Virus record (IMG/VR): IMGVR_UViG_2630968826_000003
Source of the DNA: an uncultured virus (IMG/VR IMGVR_UViG_2630968826_000003)
Lineage: Duplodnaviria; Heunggongvirae; Uroviricota; Caudoviricetes
DNA length: 64,000 nt
Direction: 5' to 3' (one strand)
The notes under the pieces were generated by a model that searched no databases, was not told where the DNA came from, and saw only the letters and a program-made list of their open reading frames with translations. Position 1 is the stretch's first letter. The number at the start of each line of letters is the position of its first letter. Positions 59,100-64,000 of the stretch are shown in pieces. Both the position numbers and the translations under genes were made by a program.

Positions 59100-59173
59100 T
59101 TGAAGTTCCTTTAAGATTAATTATTAAAATTTAGAATAAAAACCATTAAACCATTGAAGCTAATACTGATAAT

Positions 59174-60295
59174 TTACTTATAATAACTAGAAATACAATT
59201 TCTCACATAGTTTCTAAAGGAAATCAAACTAAAATGTCTAGCACAAGTGCCTTTTGCATTTTCTGATATCCATTTTTCTTTATCATCTAACCATCTATCA
59301 ACAAAATAATCTCTTAGATTTTCATCACTTATTCTTAAGCAAAAAATACAATCGCTAACTAATGCTGATGTCCCTTTAAACACAACGGTTTTTCCTAACA
59401 CCCGTGTCCCGACCCGCGCAACTAAAATGTCATTTTTTAATGCAATGCCATCATAAGAATTAAAATTTGTTTCTTTTTCTGTTAGAATGCTATCAAATGA
59501 TGTAGTGTGGAAATAAGGTAATCCTGAATTTCGGCATTCCTTTCCTGATTTTTTTCCTCGAAATAAAAGAAACTTATCATCAAACTCTTCGGAAGCATCA
59601 GGAAATTGGTTTTTAAAAATAAAATCCATATTAGATAAATATATCTCGCAACCATTCTTTTCAAATGCAATTTGAGATTGTTTTCTGGAAAAAACATTCC
59701 TAATATGATAGATATGGGTTTTAGCCTCTGTTTTCTTAAATGCTTTATGCTCGCATTCTATAATTTTACTTACAGAAAAGTTGTTAATCAAATACTCACG
59801 CAACCATGAATAACTTAATGAAGAAAAAAATATATCGGGTAGTATAATTGCAAGCTCACCGGAAGATTTAAGTTTTTTAAGATTTAAAAGCAAAAAAACT
59901 ATCTCAGCTCTTACTTTATCACCTTTGAATTTCTTACCAGTCATATCAAAAACCAGTGAAGATATATAAGAGTTGATAACTATACTTTTGAATGGTGGGT
60001 TACATAAAGCGATATCAAAAGATGAATCGTTGATTAAATCACACAGTTCTGGCAATGTAGAATCACCGCATAAAACATTAACATCTGGATATTTACCCCT
60101 AAGATAGGAAGCATTTTTATAATCTATATCCACTGCAGTAACATGCACTTTTGGGTATTTTTTGAGCACAGCATCAATTAAAGCGCCCTCTCCGGCACTC
60201 AATTCCAAACAATTTGAAGGTCGAGCTATCTGGATTAACGCAGCAAGTTTATCACTCACTTCTCGCTCGGTATAAAACTGTTTAAATTCAACCAC
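59174..60295 (-). CDS. N6-adenine DNA methyltransferase with a C-terminal TRD-like region
   Basis: QFYT, LELSAGEGAL (motif I), NPPF (motif IV), GELAIILP; NDILVARVG resembles an HsdS TRD. Confidence 0.85.
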   Translation of the reverse strand: MVEFKQFYTEREVSDKLAALIQIARPSNCLELSAGEGALIDAVLKKYPKVHVTAVDIDYKNASYLRGKYPDVNVLCGDSTLPELCDLINDSSFDIALCNPPFKSIVINSYISSLVFDMTGKKFKGDKVRAEIVFLLLNLKKLKSSGELAIILPDIFFSSLSYSWLREYLINNFSVSKIIECEHKAFKKTEAKTHIYHIRNVFSRKQSQIAFEKNGCEIYLSNMDFIFKNQFPDASEEFDDKFLLFRGKKSGKECRNSGLPYFHTTSFDSILTEKETNFNSYDGIALKNDILVARVGTRVLGKTVVFKGTSALVSDCIFCLRISDENLRDYFVDRWLDDKEKWISENAKGTCARHFSLISFRNYVRNCISSYYK

Positions 60296-60372
60296 TTATT
60301 TTCAATCTATCGTTTGAGAAACTCTTATGCTATATTACTTTAAATACCTTTTAAAATCAAAGAGATTAAAGG

Positions 60373-62073
60373 ATGAACAAACAAATTTCTACAGACCTTT
60401 TGGAAGGGCTTGACGGGTTTGAGTTTGAAGAACGTGCTGATTACCTTCCACCGTCTATACTTGCTAAATGGTCACCTAACAATAAACATTTTAGAGCAAT
60501 ACAAAAAAAACTAACACAAGTTGGAGCAAAACTCTTAGTAGGTCCTCGTGGTGCAGGCAAAACTCACTACATGAGACACGCTTATCTTGATTGCAAAGAA
60601 AACAAAAATCTTCCACTCCCTCTCTATGTTTCCTTCAATCATTATCTCCGACTTGAAACTTATATTCACGAAACATCAAATGCAATTGAAATATTTCATG
60701 CATGGGTTCTCGCAAAGATAGTATTAGCTTGTTATGATGATTATAACATTTTTCCTTTTGAGGAAATCACTATTGATGATATCAAAAACTTTATTTTGGA
60801 CATTGAAAAACAAAATTATAAAACCGAGCATAATAAAGTTATAACATCGCTTAGTATTGAATCGACACAAGATATTATTGATACCTGTGCTAATAAACAA
60901 GGTCGTAAAAGAACCGTCCTTTTTTTTGACGATGCAGCCTTAACACTTACAAAAGAATATATGGTTGAATTTTTCGATATATTTCGAAGCATAAAGACAT
61001 CCAGAATATCTCCAAAAGCATCTGTTTATCCAGGGACAACACAATATGGCCCAAGATTTCATGTTGGTCAGGATGCTGAACCAGTTATGATTTGGCAAGA
61101 GGTAGATCAAAGCGATTATATCAATTTCATGCTGGAACTTGTCAAAGAGAGGTTTAACAACATCCCTCAAATTGATACTGAAATAAACCAACTACTTATT
61201 TATGCTTCTTTCGGTATACCGAGGGCTTATATAAACTTAGTTAGAGCTTATAGTGAGTCGAATGCAAAAACAAAGCAATCGAAATTTAATATGGTTATTG
61301 AAGAGAGATGCAAATATTTATATGATGAGTATATATCCATAATAGACAAACTTCCCCAATATGGTGTTTATGTAAAATCCGGTTGGGATTTCTTTTATAA
61401 AATAGTTTCAGATTTAAAGGAAATCAATCACATTAACATCCGAAAAGATGGTGTTAATTATAAAAAAATTGTCTCTATTGGTATTGAAGATCTTAATACT
61501 GATAAAATTGAAAGAGTTATTAGTTTTCTCATAGAAGCTGGACTTTTGTACGATTTATCCAGTACATCACACGGAGTAGGTAGAACCTTACGAAGATTCA
61601 CACCTCATTATGCTTTTTTAATTAAAGAAAAAATCTTCTCAGTAAGCAGAGGTTTTAACGCTACGAATTTAGTTACTATTTTAGATGCTCCCTCAGAAAA
61701 GCATCCTTTGAGAAGATCAATGTATTCTTTAATTACAAAACAAAACTATGAAGCAATTTCACTAACACTTCCTAACTGTTCTAATTGCGGTGCAAAAAGA
61801 TTAGCAGACAATCAAAAATTTTGTCATCAATGTGGTAAGCAACTTGTGGATGAATCTGCATTTCGCTTGTGCATGAAAAAGAACTTAGTAGAACTTCCTT
61901 TGACGGATTTCCAGAAATCAGTCATAAAGCAAACAAATTTCAAAACTGTTGAAGATGTTATATCTTCCAAAAACACTGCAACTGAGTTTATGAAAGTTAA
62001 ACAAGTTGCTCAAAAAAGAGCGGCAACTCTGGAATTTAAAGTAAGAACTTGGGTTAACGAATTTTTAGCATAA
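60373..62073 (+). CDS. P-loop ATPase with C-terminal zinc ribbon and HhH/alpha-CTD-like tail
   Basis: GPRGAGKT Walker A, LFFDD Walker B, CSNC...CHQC, ELPLT...FKTVEDV. Confidence 0.8.
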   Translation: MNKQISTDLLEGLDGFEFEERADYLPPSILAKWSPNNKHFRAIQKKLTQVGAKLLVGPRGAGKTHYMRHAYLDCKENKNLPLPLYVSFNHYLRLETYIHETSNAIEIFHAWVLAKIVLACYDDYNIFPFEEITIDDIKNFILDIEKQNYKTEHNKVITSLSIESTQDIIDTCANKQGRKRTVLFFDDAALTLTKEYMVEFFDIFRSIKTSRISPKASVYPGTTQYGPRFHVGQDAEPVMIWQEVDQSDYINFMLELVKERFNNIPQIDTEINQLLIYASFGIPRAYINLVRAYSESNAKTKQSKFNMVIEERCKYLYDEYISIIDKLPQYGVYVKSGWDFFYKIVSDLKEINHINIRKDGVNYKKIVSIGIEDLNTDKIERVISFLIEAGLLYDLSSTSHGVGRTLRRFTPHYAFLIKEKIFSVSRGFNATNLVTILDAPSEKHPLRRSMYSLITKQNYEAISLTLPNCSNCGAKRLADNQKFCHQCGKQLVDESAFRLCMKKNLVELPLTDFQKSVIKQTNFKTVEDVISSKNTATEFMKVKQVAQKRAATLEFKVRTWVNEFLA

Positions 62074-62084
62074 AAGGCTTTCAC

Positions 62085-62927
62085 ATGGCTAACAAAAAAT
62101 TCACATACAGTATATCAGGAACAAAGGTAACACCAAATATTAATACTATTGATTTCTTTGACAAAGAATATCAAGAACCTGATATCGCCCCTATTGACAT
62201 TTACAATAAAAAGAAAGACATACATATAAAATTATTAGGTGAGCCCAGTGAATCTTCAGAATGGAAATTGCTGGTTAATTTAGTAATGCTTGGATTTGTC
62301 TCCCTTGTTGAAAGCTATTGTCGTTGCATTATTCGTAGGATACTAATTACAGATAAGCAAGCAAGATCCTGTAGCTATAAAAATAATGTTAGCTATGCTG
62401 CTGCTGTTTATCATAGCAAAGATATATTACCGGAGGCATTGCTCGAAGATGCTTCTTTTATTTCAGAAGCAAACATTCTAGAAACTATAAAAACTTTTAC
62501 TGGTTTAAAAATTGATCGCCAGAAAGCTGCCTCAGTTATCTCAGCCTTACAAAAATATGATCAAATTTGCCAACTGAGACATTGTATTGTCCATAGATCG
62601 GGATTATTTGGCACTAAAAATGCTATTAAGTTGGGCTTGGAAAAACATCATTTATTTCTTGAAAAACCAATAATCATAGGCTATGAGGCTATACAGTCTA
62701 TTGCATCTGTTTGTGATAACGTTGTTAAGGAGTTAAACGATGAGCTATTTAATTTACTTTTGGATGGTATTGCCGAACAATATGATTGGACAGGTGACTT
62801 AAGGAAAGACAAGAAAATGTTCTCACCATATTTTGAGATATTTTATTCATCAATAGCAAATCCAAACAAAACAGAGGAACTTAAAAAATGTTATCACGCA
62901 TTCTGTCAACATTTCGGTTTTAAATAA
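62085..62927 (+). CDS. HEPN-like protein (putative RNase)
   Basis: RHCIVH (Rx4H) plus upstream VESY helix; starts 11 bp after the ATPase. Confidence 0.7.
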   Translation: MANKKFTYSISGTKVTPNINTIDFFDKEYQEPDIAPIDIYNKKKDIHIKLLGEPSESSEWKLLVNLVMLGFVSLVESYCRCIIRRILITDKQARSCSYKNNVSYAAAVYHSKDILPEALLEDASFISEANILETIKTFTGLKIDRQKAASVISALQKYDQICQLRHCIVHRSGLFGTKNAIKLGLEKHHLFLEKPIIIGYEAIQSIASVCDNVVKELNDELFNLLLDGIAEQYDWTGDLRKDKKMFSPYFEIFYSSIANPNKTEELKKCYHAFCQHFGFK

Positions 62928-62999
62928 ATAATTGAAGCTTTAACTTTAAGTTAAAGTGTGAAATGTGAGCAAGAAACACATGATTTTATATGAGGCCTT

Positions 63000-63464
63000 A
63001 TGAAAAAGAATAGCACTGATAACTTAATTGAATTTAGATACATGGGTTATTTCTTACTTGCTGTGATATTACTTCCTTTATTGTCTATGCTTGTGTACAT
63101 TTCATTCAACTCTGAATGGATGACCAACAATCCAAAATCTTACCTTTTAGGATACATTTTATTTTCTTCTTTTTGTCTGATTCGTTTGTTTATATTGAGA
63201 GGCTCTTATAAATATGCTAATGATTTAATTCTAGCGATTTCTGCCGGTTGGATAGGAACAAGTTATTTAACAACAGGCCAAAAAACATTTGATGAACTAC
63301 CATCTTTGGATTTATTAAAGGATAACCCTTTTTTATTCTATGCAATAGCATTTAAATTTATTTTAGTTTGTAGTAGTTTAATATCAAAAATCGTTATAAC
63401 TTTAATTGAATTCATTCGCGCATGGATACAAGAGGAGAAAGATTTCAACGGCATCAATGCTTAG
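63000..63464 (+). CDS. Small multi-TM membrane protein
   Basis: 154 aa, about 4 hydrophobic segments, GAGG SD. Confidence 0.65.
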   Translation: MKKNSTDNLIEFRYMGYFLLAVILLPLLSMLVYISFNSEWMTNNPKSYLLGYILFSSFCLIRLFILRGSYKYANDLILAISAGWIGTSYLTTGQKTFDELPSLDLLKDNPFLFYAIAFKFILVCSSLISKIVITLIEFIRAWIQEEKDFNGINA

Positions 63465-63476
63465 GTCAGAATAAAA

Positions 63477-63701
63477 TCACTCTTTAAGAAATCCACTGCC
63501 AAAAAATAGACAAAAAGCTAAAACTACAGCCAATGGCGTTAGCATTATATCTAACGTCATTACAGTGACATTATATAATGCTAAAAATTTATTTTGGCTG
63601 TCCCACCAAAGTGAAAGACCTACGTTTAATAATACAAAAATTAAAAAAAGAACAATCCAACTTTTAATATTTTCCATAATAACCTCCCATATATATATCA
63701 T
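63477..63701 (-). CDS. Small 2-TM hypothetical protein
   Basis: Two hydrophobic segments; probable internal start MENIKSW after a GGAGG SD. Confidence 0.5.
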   Translation of the reverse strand: MIYIWEVIMENIKSWIVLFLIFVLLNVGLSLWWDSQNKFLALYNVTVMTLDIMLTPLAVVLAFCLFFGSGFLKE

Positions 63702-63935
63702 TCACTATTTATCAGGTTGTGCTCAACTAGTCAATGGTATAATACAATTAAGCAAGGGCTAACTCATCGAAGCTCCGCTTCTTTGAGTTCCCTTGTTTTT
63801 CGCCCTTCGGTTGAAAAAGAAAGTCAAAGTCGTTCCTAATTCATTGACATGAATTGTATTTCCACTATAAATATATAATGTGTTGCAAAGGAATTGCTCA
63901 CTTTAAAGAAAATACACATATGAAAAGGAGTTTAT

Positions 63936-64000
63936 ATGAGTAAAACAATAACATTGTCGTATACGAATAATTTTAAACCTGTCAGCGAACTTAGATCTCA
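63936..64000 (+). CDS. Start of an ORF truncated by the window end
   Basis: AAGGAG SD then ATG; MSKTITLSYTNNFKPVSELRS, open to the end. Confidence 0.45.
   Translation, partial: MSKTITLSYTNNFKPVSELRS

Larger units (their letters stand above)
55900..64000. mobile_element. P4/CP4-57-type integrative island at ssrA, continuing beyond the window
   Basis: Integrase directly after the ssrA repeat, followed by strongly AT-rich cargo. Confidence 0.8.

Overview
Enterobacterial chromosome (gene content looks Salmonella-like; inference) carrying three elements stacked at the 3' end of the tmRNA gene ssrA. Two identical 45-bp copies of the ssrA 3' end (24224-24268, 55900-55944) mark the junctions. (1) 1-24268: the right part of a Fels-2/186-type P2-like prophage, from tail fibre through lysis, head, cos, rep A, dam and the cII/apl/cI switch to int. 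Its AT-rich cargo is a STAS-GHKL kinase + STAS + membrane-protein operon between portal and cos, a lipoprotein, and a 348-aa membrane protein between int and att. (2) 24224-55944: an apparently complete HP1/K139-type P2-like prophage. Its left end holds a decayed second integrase with a relic attP, a PIN-domain gene, and a DinQ/TisB-like type I toxin-antitoxin module missed by the ORF track. That module has a 27-aa toxin, a structured ~235-nt leader and a co-directional ~85-nt antisense RNA with a perfect 18-nt complement. (3) 55900-64000: a P4/CP4-57-type integrase island with a very AT-rich divergent four-gene cassette (PIN protein + N6-MTase on the minus strand; ATPase with Zn ribbon and alpha-CTD-like tail + HEPN protein on the plus strand). 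This cassette, the kinase/STAS operon and the type I TA module are the best candidates for undescribed systems. All family calls come from motif recognition by eye; no searches were run.
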